Below are positions 16,686 to 35,611 of a stretch of 64,000 nt of DNA, piece by piece. Within the stretch, counting starts at the first letter, position 1. Each line of letters begins with the position of its first letter. The translations under genes and the position numbers were made by a program. The stretch is from NCBI RefSeq assembly GCF_009914755.1, contig NC_060926.1. One strand, given 5' to 3'. The DNA comes from the human T2T-CHM13v2.0 reference genome, Homo sapiens. The notes under the pieces were generated by a model that ran no database searches, was not told where the DNA came from, and saw only the letters and a program-made list of their open reading frames with translations.

Positions 16686-18267
16686 TTGTAACTTCCTTTT
16701 CTAACAATGAGGACTCTGGCCTCCATTATCTTCAAAAATATTTATTTATTTTCTCAATCCTCTTATATGTAACCCATCTCCTGTCTCTGCTGCCAGCATC
16801 TTCCTCCCAGAAACACTGCTCATCCTGCTTGGGCTGTGACACCCTGGCCAGTGCTTCTGTCACTGCCACCCACGATCCGTCGCTTGATGGACACCCTCCT
16901 TAACCCACTCTAGCTCAGTTTTCCCACCCAGGCCTCTGCTGCTACTTGCCCCATGTAGATATCTTTTAAACCCCACTGAGGCTTGGATGCTCCCTGGTGG
17001 CCACCCTACCACATCCATCCCCTGCAAGGACAAACCCTGACCCCGCTTGGACACAGGACACCAGAGCCGGAGCCACTGCTGTTGCTTCCACTCATTCTCC
17101 CTTTGCTTCCATCTGCATGAATGCCTGCCGTCCTCAGCCCAGCCTAGTTTCCTTTGGATAGAATTGCTCAGGAAGGAAGGGGGGCAGGTAGGAAGGACAG
17201 AAGCAGTGGAATTTCTCAACATCTGCCTTCTTCACCTTTCTCTCACTTCCACATACCTGACAGCAACTGAAATAGAAAAAGAAAATCAATAAAGCAACTT
17301 TCTTCTCTCACTTTGTAAACTACCTGCACAACTTTTTACCTTTTTTCTGTCAGATCTTTATTTGGAAAATCGATTTATATTATCTGAATTCTTTATATTT
17401 CTTCACCTTACTTTGCTTCTGCATATAAAGGGAAGAAACTTCAGGAGATGACCTAGCAAGTAAGAATCCTCAGTCCTTACAAGAACCAGATTGGAGTAGT
17501 GGCTAATGTATATCTTTTATTTCTATTATGGTGAATTTTTCTGAAATTGGTGTGACTGCTGGAGAAAGAGAAACTAACAAAGAGGGGAGAGAGAAAAAGG
17601 ACTCAAGGGCGTAGGTGGAGAACGAGAAGAAAGGAATATATTGGAAAACAAAGCAAGAGAGAGTTTGAAGAAGGAGGATGTGGTCAACAGACATAATGAT
17701 CCAGAGTAGTCATGTAAGATAGGAACAACAACAAATAAGCAAACTGGGGTTGTTGTCAATAAGATTGTCTGTTAAGCATTTATCAAATTTCATTCATTGT
17801 TTAGTGCTTTATATACTATCCCTACTTAATTCTCACATTAATTTTGTGAAATTGTATAATTATTATTATTCCCATTTACAGATTAGGAAGTGGAGACTTA
17901 CGGAGGCTAAGAATTGTGCCTAAGATCACACCACTGGTATGAGATCAGATCCAGATTTTTCTTCCTCTAAATTTGAACTATTTCACCACCATGATTCACT
18001 ATTCATTGCATTGTGAGGAACAAGGAAAGATTTCAGGAGCTAGATTGCACAAGAAGCTGCTTTTGAAGTACTAAGATCGCCATTATTTATTAAGCAGACA
18101 TTAGATAACCAATTACTAGGCATGTTATGAAGGGAATTCTTAAACAGGAAGGGACACGTAAGGTTCTTTTGGAACACTATAATTGTTGGGTTTGGTGGTC
18201 TTCCCAAAGAAGAGGTAAACTTTCAAGCTTTTCTGTTAAAAGAAGGTGCCATATTGCCATTTCAGAT

Positions 18268-18338
18268 CTTTTTGTTTTGTTTTGTTTTAGAGACAGAGTC
18301 TTGCTCTGTCACCCAGGCTGGAGTGCAGTGGCGCAATC
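18268..18338 (-). mobile_element. Isolated Alu 3'-terminal fragment (tail plus ~50 nt)
   Basis: (TTTTG)n then GAGACAGAGTCTTGCTCTGTCACCCAGGCTGGAGTGCAGTGGCGCAATC, then an abrupt switch to non-Alu sequence. Confidence 0.9.
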
Positions 18339-18525
18339 ACCTCTACTCTGCCGCTTTCTTTCCCAATTTTCCACTAGGAAGCCTCCAGGATGCCACTAAA
18401 ACCATCTATAACTTTCAGTCCAGCCTATCGGGTGGGCCCTCAGGAAATGGGAACAATGTTTATACTTTTCAACTTCTTTCAGGCCTAAAACTTTGTCTTA
18501 CCTTCAGAAAGAATTGTTTTCAGAC
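18338..18525 (-). repeat. Inverted duplicate (copy A) of 20146-20332
   Basis: Manual alignment to the reverse complement gives about 18 differences in ~188 bp; the ORF track shows SQFSTRKPPGCH on opposite strands at both sites. Confidence 0.95.
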
Positions 18526-18528
18526 ATC

Positions 18529-18863
<335 letters not shown>

Positions 18864-19781
18864 TAAGTGATATAATGCATATCTCTGGCTATCATATCTG
18901 AAGGTATTTTGTATTTTTATATAAATTATATCTACACATGGATTTTTAAGTAAGAGGTACAGATCATCAATATTCAGTTAGTGGTTTAAGGGGAATGTTT
19001 AACATTAATGCACTACTGATGCTGGGACTATAAATTTCTGAATGAGGAAAAACAATCCATATTTATATTTCTAGATACATTTTAGTTTAACCTGTGTTTT
19101 ACTAAATTTGCAGAAGATTGTTTCAAGCATCCTTGCATATTTCTGTGCTCATAACCTTTATAATTTAGATAATGGTGAGTGATCAGTGACCACACACTTA
19201 CTAACACATGTAGCTGCAAAGACCTCTGTCTTCCTGTAAGTGGCAATTTATTTGGTAAATTTGAAGCATATTCTGAATTCATTGCTCATCTACTGACTGT
19301 GGGCTCTGTTCAGCACAGGTCAAGAGAGTAACATAATACAAATTATAAAAGACAATTATGGTACTATCCAAACCGATCAAATCAAGGCAGATAGCTAATT
19401 TCGACTTGCAAGTTCAACTGATAGTGTTTATGTGATCTGTCAAATACATTTAAAAGCAATCCAAGAATAGTCGTTCATAATGTATAGATAGTAAATTCTT
19501 GAGAGCACAGACTGTACGTTATTCATCTTTTTGTCTGCAGCAATTCCCACAAATCCTGGCATAAAGTAAGTGCTCAGTGAGTGTAGGCATATACACGTTT
19601 GTGATTTGGAGTAGTGACAAATCTCACCTTGTGACTATCAACAATTGTGTGTTTTGATTTGTAATGTAAAATGAATCTACTAGGAGATTTTTCCATTGAA
19701 TTTGATTTAGTCATGTGTTTAATGACTTTTAGGGAAATTTAGTAAAACATGTATCAATTTATTATTTTAGTAGAGTTATTA

Positions 19782-20332
<551 letters not shown>

Positions 20333-21191
20333 GGGGCCAGAGAAGGGACAGGGTGCCAGGAGCAACTGAATATTATCTTGTTAATCTCCTCTCTCTCTCT
20401 GTCTCCTCCAGTCTCATGAAATGAAACACCTACACCACATGAGTTTGTCATCCTCTCAACTCTATTTGGGGAGGGATTGGGTGAGGAGGAGCCTGGCATT
20501 TCTGGGGTTCTCAAGCAAGGAGAAGTACAGGGGCCTCTCTCCAGTCAGTGCAGCCCAGTTGTTGTGCAGATGAGGCCTGGAGGGGCTGAGAACCCGACAA
20601 AGTGATCTCTGCCTGAGCGCCAGGCACCCTGGTTACTTCTGGCACAAAGAAGATATGATTTATTTGGGAAAAGGCGCCACTTACTTGCCCAGCTTTGGCC
20701 CAGAGGGGAGTACTTTTATTGCTGTGTGAAGAGCATTTGATAGAGAGACAAAACTAGGCACAGGAACCTGGGCCTCTCCTGAAGCTCTGATTGAGTGCCC
20801 AGGGCCCTGGAGTTTGAGACCATGATGTTTTCCTTAAGGTAGCCAGCCCTAAACCCAACAGTGACCTAAGCTGAGTTTGTCCTGGATATCTGCCCAGCCT
20901 CAGTTGGCCAACCTTTCCCCCAAGAAAACTCATTGTTTGAATTCTGGACCGCAGTCCGCCACAGCAAAATCCCTTTGACCCTCAGGGTTTGCATGAGAAT
21001 TGCTATATTCACTCTTCCTCCAGTCCTGTATACCTAGGGTCAGGCTCTTCCATAAGATGGCAGGGTAAAGCTATATATATTTTATATTTATTATAAAATA
21101 TTTCAAACATTCAAAATATTTTAAGAAATTCATTACCAAATCCCACCTACTCATGGGTCAGCTCTATCTGTTTTGACATTTGCTTTAGATA

Positions 21192-24848
<3,657 letters not shown>

Positions 24849-25042
24849 TGCTTTATCATTTTTTTTCCTGCAGCTAAGACATACAGATACAGTTAAAGCT
24901 TCATGAGTATCTCCCACTGATTCTATTTCCATCTTTCTGGCCCTGAAGAAACAGTTATCCTGAATTAGTGATTGTAATTCCTATGGATGCTGTAATCAAT
25001 TATTATTACTATCCATACATTATATAGAATATTGTTTTTCAC

Positions 25043-25352
<310 letters not shown>

Positions 25353-26368
25353 TCACACTTCTAAAATTTATATAAATGGGACCATATATATCATTTTACA
25401 ACTTTTCTTTAACTTAACACTTTGAAATTTATCCATGTTGATACTTGTAGCTTTCCTTCATTTCCTTTAGCTGTTATTATATATATCCAATTATATGAAT
25501 CATTAGAGGGATTGCAATAATTATTCAACTTTCCCTTCTACTTTGTGCATTTTTAAATCTAAAATTCTCCCAGATTACTTAGCAGCACAGCCATAGAGTT
25601 TATTCAGTTATCTACAAACACATCAAATGCCTCTGTTTAAGGAACGTTGATATGGTGCCTTGCAGCTTGTCAAGTCCCATGTATCTGTGCAGAGATAGAT
25701 AACACATGGGTGTAGTATGAAGCAGAAGACAGATACACAAACAAGCAGTGAGTCTGCAACCAGAGCTGTGTGATGTTTGGAGATGTACATTGTGCTTTAG
25801 GATCAGGGAGGAGGGACTGAGGCAATGAAAACAGAAAGATAGCAATTAGGGAAGCCTGCACAGAGGAAATGGTGATACTTGAATTGCTTTTGAAAGAGTG
25901 AATTCTCCTGGGAGCCAAGTGGAGAACCACCTTTATAAAGGGATTAGTTTGTATAAAGACAGGCAGGGGTGTTTTGAAAGGGAATAGTATGATCGGCAAA
26001 CTGTAAGTGGATTGGTCAGCAAAGTAACTGAGGGAGAAAAATCACCTGGCTATCATAATTTTTCTTCCCTTAGAATTGAATGAATAAATGGTGCCCACTA
26101 CTCATATGTAGCAATTGTGGTGGCTTTTTGTAACCACTGAAAAATATAATGTATGTGTCCATTCTTCTAACTGAAATGGTTTAATAAAACTCTCTTCTGC
26201 ATTTCCTTCTTCAGGGGTTTAAAACATGTCTCTGGGGTCTGGCAGACTTATATTTAAAATCCAGCACTGCCACATTTGCAGGTATGTGACCTTAGGTAGA
26301 TTACTTAACTTTTTTTAAGTTCTCAGTTTCCTCAACTGTGAATTGGAATAATAGCAGTTTCCTGTAAG

Positions 26369-26718
26369 CTGTGGACTGAATATGTCTCCCCCAAATTTAT
26401 ATATTGAAACCTAAGCCTTAATGTGATGGTATTTGGAGATTGGGTCTCTGGATGGTGATTAGGTCTTTAGGGGAGAGCCCTCAAGAATGGGATCAGTGCC
26501 CTTATAAGGAGCTGAAGAGACCAGAGTTCTCTCCTTCCACCATGCGAGGACACAGCTAGAAAGTGTCATCAGTGAACCAGAAATTGATCCCTCAGCAGAT
26601 ACTAAATATGTTGGTGCCTTGGTCTTGGACTTTCCAGCCCTCAGAACTGTTAGAATAAATTTCTGTTGTTTAAAAGTTACCCAGTATATGGTATTTTGTT
26701 ATAGTAACCCAAACCACA
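26369..26718 (+). mobile_element. MLT1A-like MaLR LTR, next to MIR (about 26210-26365) and L2 (about 25590-26020) fragments
   Basis: TGTGGACTGAATATGTCTCCCC..AATGTGATGGTATTTGGAG..AATAAATTTCTGTTGTTTA. Confidence 0.75.
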
Positions 26719-28371
26719 GTTTCTGCAGGCATTTCCCATTCCTGGGCTGGCAGGACTCACACTTGGCCGGGCTTCTATAGACATGATAGGCCAGACTGTG
26801 GAGTTCCTGGTGGTCCTGAGCTGTGTTAGCTCAACAAAGGGGATGGGCTTACTTGATACCATAGTGTCACAAATTTGAGGGCAGAATGTTTATAGAGATT
26901 TCATCTAAACAGTCTTTTTTTTTTTTTTTTTTTGCTCAAAAAAGTTTCAGGAAAACCTAGGTTAAGCAATGTGAAACAACTTTCTTGAGTGACTGCGGGA
27001 TCTCTCAAAGACTTTAATATATTAATGAATATTTTGAATCTCAAAGAATGAGGTGATGGTACACAATATTTTCCATACTTATTTGATCAGAGAATGTCCT
27101 TTTCAGGGTGCTTCTTTTACTGTCTTCCTGAGCAGTAATGCTTCAAAGAACACAGCTTGGGAATTGACTTAGACTTCATTCAGTGTCAGGACATAAAGCA
27201 AATTCTAAGATCCTTGAGTGTTCTGATTTTATTTTTTTCCCTGGAAGTAACACAGAGAATGCATTATAGGAATCATGTTTGTTTTGTGAGATGTTAATTA
27301 ATCTCCAAGTATTTGTGGTGTCTTAGAAAAATAGTATCTCTGGTTTTCTTTATTAGTCTATTATGACTCTATTTTCCCATCCTAAAAATTTTCTAAGTCT
27401 TTCTTGAATCCATTGGATTTTTAAAAATTATGAATAATTAAAAAATTTACTGTTTTATAAGCATAACATTCCTTATTTGCCCTCAAATTTCTTGTCTCAG
27501 ACTTCAAGTTGAGCCTCATTTGAGTGTTCTAGGACTCTATTTTTGCAGAATGTCAGATACGGATCCCTTATTAAATCAATAAACCAATTGATTAAAAAAA
27601 CTGAATATTCTAAATTTCTCTGCTCTGGAAGATCAATAATGGTGTAAAATTCACAAGGGAGTATACGTTAAATATCAATAACGAATGACAAAATATGATC
27701 TTTTTCTATTTATAGGTTATGAAGTGTTCCTTTTTTGCTTCCATAAAGGACTTGAGAAATTTACAATCAAAGATACATTTTCAATACTATTTTTAAGCAG
27801 AAAGAAGATAATCAACACCACCACCAATAAACTATACAGATGGGAGAAATAAGTGTGCCAAAATGTAGGTTAATGTTACAGCAATTGAAAATTAAATTAG
27901 GTTCAGGTCTTCCTGGAAGCCAAGGGAAGACAAAAGGAGCAGGGCAGGGACAAGGCATTATGAGGTTATAACATAAATCTTTAATTAGCAAAGGTATTTC
28001 TTTGAGGGTTTGCAAATGAGATAAGAATACATTGCTCCGTGGTGAACCAACTAGGTCTAAGGATAGAATTAAGAATTCCCAGGAGAATGAAAGTCTCATT
28101 GTATACCACTCGGGCTTTTACAACTTTTACTGGGCAGAAAAATTCACTCAGTTGAAGATGGTTTTCTTTGAAATTATCCCATTAGATTGCTTAATATCCT
28201 TACGGTGAGCAATCTCATGGAGGCTGTGGACCAAAGAGCCAGGAAGTACCATACATTGAATTAAATCAATGTCACTTCACCACTGATCATTGTTGGAAGG
28301 ACACCTTCAGCCTTTTCAGATGCATGGGTCAAAAGGCAGCCCCTTGGCGCATATCCTTGCATGCTATATTA

Positions 28372-28432
28372 TTTATCTATCTATCCATCTCTCTCTCTGT
28401 CTCTCTCTCTCTCTCTCTGTGTCTCTGTCTCT
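28372..28432. repeat. (TCTA)/(TC)n compound microsatellite
   Basis: Direct inspection. Confidence 0.85.
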
Positions 28433-29792
28433 CCAGAACTCATTTCTGTGTCACTTCTGGACCCTTGAATGTCCTAACTCCTGAGAATGGTCCTGGGAAT
28501 CTGTACCTGCAGCTAGGCAGTATTCATATGGCTTCTTGAGATCCTGAAGGATACTGTTCCCTGGTGCTCCATTCTACAAACTGCTGATACTTTGAGGTTT
28601 AGAGTCATCTGCTGATAAATGTTTTCACAAGTAGACACATGAGTCCAATACTTTGATGTACTTTAAAAATGATATTTTTCAAAAAGCCAATAATTATTTA
28701 TGTACAGGGGAGGCAGAAAATATATGAGGGAAGGAGGAGAAGGAACTCTGGTGGTGGCACTCAACCTCTCCTTTGTGGTCATCTGTGACCCCAAATATTC
28801 ACATCACACTCATTAAGACAAGAGTATGCAACCAACTGGTCACACCTCATGTAATGTAATACTGATTCCTTAGGTTTCTGGGGTGTGCCTCTTGGAGGTC
28901 TCAAGTCCCATCCCAAGTGGCTTATCAGAAATTCCAATGAGTTACAGTCTCCCTGAGAGGACTTCTGGTAAATGTAGCCTTCTCCATTTAATTGCATTTC
29001 CAGTGATGTTTTAATGCCTCTTATTGATTGGTGACCCGGTCAGGTGCCCAGCTGGCTACCCTTTGATCTAGCCCTGGTAGGCCTCAATGAAACTTTCTGT
29101 GGGACCTTTTACATATATATCTATGACCCTTTAGCTGTACTGGAGGCTCTAGAAATCAATCAAATTCCAAGCAAAGCCTACAGTGAAGCCACATTTTAGC
29201 AAATGAAACATGAAAAACCTTGCCTGGGGAAAATGTGGAAGAAACTTGGCCTGTTTTGCCTCTCGATTGCATTGCCTCTTGATTGATTGCATTGCCTCTT
29301 CTTGGTTGCACTTTTGACAAGGGAAAAGAAACAGAAATTTTTGCAGTTTAAAAACCAAGCAATGTGTACACAGGAGAGGCATGCACAGAATAATCTAGCG
29401 CAGAACTATTTCCCTCACATTAGGGTGAGCACCACCTAGAGTGTGTTAAAGGCCCCTATAAGCCCTATAAGTGAACATGCCATTTTTGATGAGTAGTGCT
29501 CATTGTATGCTGGGAAAAGTTGTCATATCTGGGAAATGCAAAATGGGTGAGCATTAGAAAAAAAAACAGAATATTGGCAAGAAATTTTAATTACTTGAAA
29601 CTTAGTGTTTAGTTGGGAAATACCTCATTATCATATGATCTGTCATCCATCATTGCCTTCCAATCTCCCTTTATCATTAGAAAATTGAAATGGTTTAGAT
29701 GTTAGAAACAAAAGGTATAAATACACTTCAGTAGATTTGGAGAAGTGAAGAAACTGGGCTGTGAATCTTTACCTATTTAAGAGGAGACTTGT

Positions 29793-30159
29793 TGATATGG
29801 TTTCGCTGTGTCCCCATCAATATCCCATCTTGAATTGTAACCCCATAATCCCTGCCAGGTCATGGGAGGGACCTGGTGGGAGGTAATGCAATCATGGGGG
29901 CAGTTATCCTCATGCTGTTCTCGTGATAGTGAGTTCTCACGAGATCTGGTGGTTTTATAAGGGGCTTTCCCCTTTTTGCTCGGCCCTTCTCCTTGCTGCC
30001 ACCATGTGAAGAAGGACATGTTTGCTTCCCTTTCTGCCATGATTGTAAGTTTCCTGAGGCCTCCTCAACCCTGCAGAACTGTGAGTCAAACCTCTTTCCT
30101 TTAAAAATTACCCAGTCTCAGATATGTCTTTATTAGCAGCATGAGAATGGACTAATGCA
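29793..30159 (+). mobile_element. THE1D-like solo LTR
   Basis: TGATATGGTTT..ACTAATGCA; flanks cttgt/ctcat fit a ctcgt TSD with reciprocal CpG decay. Confidence 0.9.
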
Positions 30160-30679
30160 CTCATGTACCCAATTTTTCCTAATATTTTCCCTAAATATAC
30201 AACTAGAATTTCAGGAGACATAAAAGGTGTATTTTTCAATGTAATGCATCAAATTGGCTGATAATAGGGTGTTGCATTCATGAGAGACCAGGAAGTTTTT
30301 ACTCATCTGTTCACTTATCCCCTTAACTATCCATTTCTCTCTTTATTCTTCATTCCTACACACTGTGGTGCTCTCTGAGGCAGTTATCAAAACTCTTATG
30401 ACATAGACCTTGCTCTTACAGAACCCATAGCTGAATGTGTGTCACAGACTCATTAATGACAGAGTATATGCTTTAAAGCATGTGAGTCCAAGGTGCTCGG
30501 AGAGAACTAGAAGAGAATAGCTTTCTTCAAGGGATTAAAAAACAGAAGAGGTATGTAGGGAGTTGTAGAGGGGAGGCAAAAAGTCTTCTTGGGGAAGAAA
30601 ATACATATATCCTTTAAGATTTAAGTGTATATGTGATTATAAAAATAATATCAAATGAAGATTATGTGGAAAATGTGGA

Positions 30680-31003
30680 TATCTTAGTCTGCTTTGTACT
30701 TTTATAACCGAACACCACAGACTGGGTAATTCATAAGAAACAAATTTATTTCTCACAGTTCTAGAGGCTGAGAAGTTTAAGATCAAGGGACTGACATCTG
30801 GTGAGTTGAGAGAGTAAGAGAGATAATGGGAGATGGAATTCACAGGCTCAAGCCTTTTTATAATCTACATAAATTCATTAATCCATGAAGGCTGCATTCT
30901 TACGACCTATACACCTCCCATTAGGCCCCACCTTTCAACACCGCTGCATTGGGGATTAAGTCTCCAACACATGCCTTTTCAGGGACACATTCAAACCGTA
31001 GCA
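30680..31003 (-). mobile_element. MST-type MaLR LTR
   Basis: CACAGACTGGGTAATT..CTCACAGTTCTAGAGGCTG..CACATTCAAACCGTAGCA. Confidence 0.75.
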
Positions 31004-33322
31004 GTGGGCACACTGAAATAAAAAAAAAAGAATAAATGAAAGCCGGATTCCCCAACTTGGGAAGTCCACACTCTTCTTATAACATAGTTACTGCAATAAT
31101 CACTAGTGGCTGATTACAGTTGATGAGCCGAAACCTGTTGGACATCTCTGTAGTCTGACCCTTTCACTTGATAGAAGTAGAAACCAAGGCCTTGGGTTGG
31201 GGGCTTGGGGTCATTAAAAAAACCATGTCTGCTGACACACAGTGAGTTAATATCTCAGCTGGGACGAAATCCTTTGTCTTACTCCCAATGAGAAGTTCTT
31301 TCTCTGCCCTACTACAAAAACAGCTTCAAATAAACTTTCAGCCAGAAAATAACAGTGTGGAGCATATTCTGGAGCTTGGTATCTGATTGCTGTAGTTTCC
31401 ATAATTGCCCTGCATTTTCTGGGGGCTTTACGATGAACTGATATCAGAAAGTTAAGGTATGTACGTAACTCGAAGGTGACTTCAGAGTGCGGTTAATCTC
31501 CTGTGTACAATGAGTTTTTTAAAAGATTCATTTTATTGAAAGCGGAGGCAATGCCGAGCAGTGATCCTATTTGAATGCAATAGCATTTTTAAGGGAATCA
31601 GGTCCAGCCAATTTCTGATTCTGTAAGGCTAAATTCTATTAGGCATTAAAACTCAAATTTCAGGCAGCTTGCACTGACGAACACAAGGAACATCTGTAGA
31701 AAGTTTCTAGCATTATAACCTCTGAATACTGATTACTGTAGAAAGATCTAGGCTGCAATGCTAACGGGCTAAAGTAAAAAAGCATTTCTTCCTAAAAATG
31801 CGTAAGTATCTTTCTTGTACCTTTCAAGTGGACTGAGAGGATGTTGATAAATACAACCTGTATGTTTTCAGTTGATTTTGTTGCTCCAGAGCATTTATAG
31901 GCTTAACAATAGACATGCTAATAAAAAGTACCATTAATTGTGCATCAGCCACATTCCAGACATTTTATGTACATTATTCTAATCTTTATAGTAACCCTGA
32001 AAATCAACAGTAGTATCTTCATCTTACAGAAAAGAACATGAGAGCTCATAGAGGTTAAATACCTTGCTCTGTCCTCCTTTTCTCTTCCCTTTGTCTGGCC
32101 ATGGTGGCTCAGATTATGAACTTGGCTTCACTAGCTGGGTTGAATGTACCCACATGCCCTGACCTGCTTTGCGAACTGACATATATTCTGAGAGATGATT
32201 GTTATCCAAGTTGTTGGATTTGTGGTTTCAGCCATTTCTGATTTGTTCTGCCCAGCAGTTCTTCCTGACCAGCTGTCAGGGCAATTAGAAGGAAGGATTG
32301 ATGCTCAGAGTAACAGGAGTAGGGGAAGAGGGCAGGGATCTATCCTTGAGGGTTGAGAGGCCAGGAATTGATCTCACGTGATGACAGAAGATTTTAGGGG
32401 GATATGTGGGGGTTGACTTAGGGGACAGACTATATTTCCATTACATGGCGAAGAAGGGATAAAAAATGGGTATTAGTTAGGAATTTTGCTGTTGTTGCAA
32501 GTTCAGTAATTAAACTTGGCTAAGCTAAGTAAAGGAGGACAATGCTTGGGTGTCTTCTCACAGTATTCAAAGACAGGAGTGCGGCTGCCTCTTGGTAATA
32601 ACCTGCAGCTAGGGACCTGAATAGGACTGCCATTCTCCACATCTTTCTTCTGTGCTTCTTTCTTTCTGCCTTATTTTCCTCCCCTCCAGCTGCTGGTCCA
32701 CAGGGCAGGAAGCATGGGCACTAAGATGCTCTTAGTCTTACATGTAGGAGGTACAGTAACTAAGACAGAGACTAGTCTTCGGGTTTTCACTCTTGCATTT
32801 TCTTTCTTTCTCTTATTTTCTTGTTTTTGCTCCCTGCTCTCCTCTTGAGTCCCACAACTTCCAGGAATATAAATAATCATAGCAGCATGGGTAATGTGTT
32901 AAGCCCTGGACCACCTGTGGCACGGACAGTGACACGTGTTAGAAACATGGCAGGTTTTGCTGTCATCTGGATGGGGTAAGGAGTGGCAATTTCTAGGAAG
33001 GTGGTACAGGGAAGACAATTCTACCGCAGCTACTCTCAAAATCCAGAATCCGATAGCACCAGGCCAAAGGTCCAGTAAGAGTATTAATTAATAGGGTGAT
33101 TATGTGCAATAATGAAAACAGCCAACTTTAATGAGCCCAACCAGTACTGTGCCAAGTGTTTTATATACATTATCTCCTTCAGTCATCACAACTCTTAAAA
33201 AGTAGGTAGTAGTAGTCTTATTTTATAAGTCAGAAACCAAGGTCAGTGTACCCTGTACAGTTAACTACTATACATACTGCCTTACATAATGACTGGCCAA
33301 TCTTTATAGAAGTATAACATGA

Positions 33323-33645
<323 letters not shown>

Positions 33646-34518
33646 TTATTACATGCTAGTGCAAATTAACTCTTTCCAATACTCTTTTGTTATCAGCAAA
33701 CCAAACGGTTGCCACAATGCAAAGGGCTATGTGAGGTATGTTGATATGCTTTATGATCATGCTTAGTTTTTTATTTGAGTGCTTAAAGTTGTCAGCTGTC
33801 TGTATTTTTGTCCCAGTTGTATAGAGTGAGACACAGATACACAAAATGACTTCTAGAAAGTCCAATGTAAAACCAAAGCTAAAGTGAAGAAGACAAGTGA
33901 AAATACAATTCAGGTTTCTGATTGCCCAGATTTTCTGATGCCCCTACCTCTTTTCACTTGAGTAGCTATAGAAAGTTTCTATTTCTAGAGAAAAAAAATT
34001 GACTCCATGGTTCTGAATAATAACTGATACCTTCTACATTGTTTTATGATGCTGGAGAGGAATTGACAATATATAAAATTTCAGAAAACTATGAAGAAGA
34101 AAGGCATTTCATAACCTTGGACACAGCAGCGGTGCCTCAATAAATATATTTATCTCCATTTGATTTAAGACAATATGATTTAACTCAAGGGCAAAAAAAG
34201 GATAAAGTAGGATGGTTGTACCCCTGATTCTACAGTCTCACTTACCAAGTGTTAGCATATCTAAGGAGGCATGATGATTCGGATCCCAAAGAGCTTAGTT
34301 GTGGACTTGCTTCTCATCTGTTTATTACTTGTAGAATTTTTTTTTTAGCCGTGGGTGTTTCCTCCTTTATGAAATGAAAATATTAATAACAACTACCTTC
34401 ACTATCTCACAAGTTTACCTTGTGAATCAAATGAGAGAATTTATTTGAAAGCACGATAGACACTAAAAGTATTACACAATCTTTATCTTTTATATTTAGC
34501 ACTTACTTCAGAAATTCA

Positions 34519-34955
<437 letters not shown>

Positions 34956-35419
34956 TCACCCTGGTATACATTTATTTCCCTGATCCAATCACTCGCCTTT
35001 GTCTCTGTAATTAATGATCTTGAATTTATTTAGCATTCCCAAAGTGAAATAATTAGTAAATAATTAGAAATAATTTAGTAACATATATATATATTTCTCT
35101 AGGCAATTCATAAGCAACCCTTGTATACACAGTATAATATAAATTATATCATGCTGGGGCATTCTTATGCCACCTACCTTTTTCACTCAAATTATTTTTG
35201 CAGATTTTGTCCATGTTACATGATCATAGCTTATTTACATAATCATGTTACATGATCATAGCTCAGCTTATTTTCAGTGTTGTGTAGTATTCCATTATAC
35301 GAACAATCCATGTACTTATTCATTCTCTCATTGTTAAAAAATTAACTTGTTTTTTGTTTTCTTTTAAAATTTGTTGTTATATATAATTCTGCAGTCCATG
35401 TTCTTTTGAATTAAAAAAA

Positions 35420-35548
35420 TTTTTTTTTGTAGAGGCAGGAGTCTCCCTATGTTGCCCAGGCTGTTCTCAAACTCCTGGGCTCAAGTAATCCTTCTGCCTC
35501 GGCCTCCCAAAATGCTGGGATTACAGGTGTGAAATACCATACCCAGCC
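35420..35548 (-). mobile_element. FLAM_C-like Alu monomer
   Basis: Single left arm; cagtYcatgttctttt on both flanks. Confidence 0.8.
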
Positions 35549-35611
35549 CCAGTTCATGTTCTTTTAAAATCACTTTGGGCACACAGCTTTGTTCCTGCTC
35601 AAGTGAAGGCC

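Noticed and set aside
29255-29300. (gattgcattgcctct)-type short tandem
   Set aside because: Low-copy slippage with no further structure
35212-35263. Perfect 20 bp direct repeat catgttacatgatcatagct
   Set aside because: Small local slippage inside an old L1 fragment
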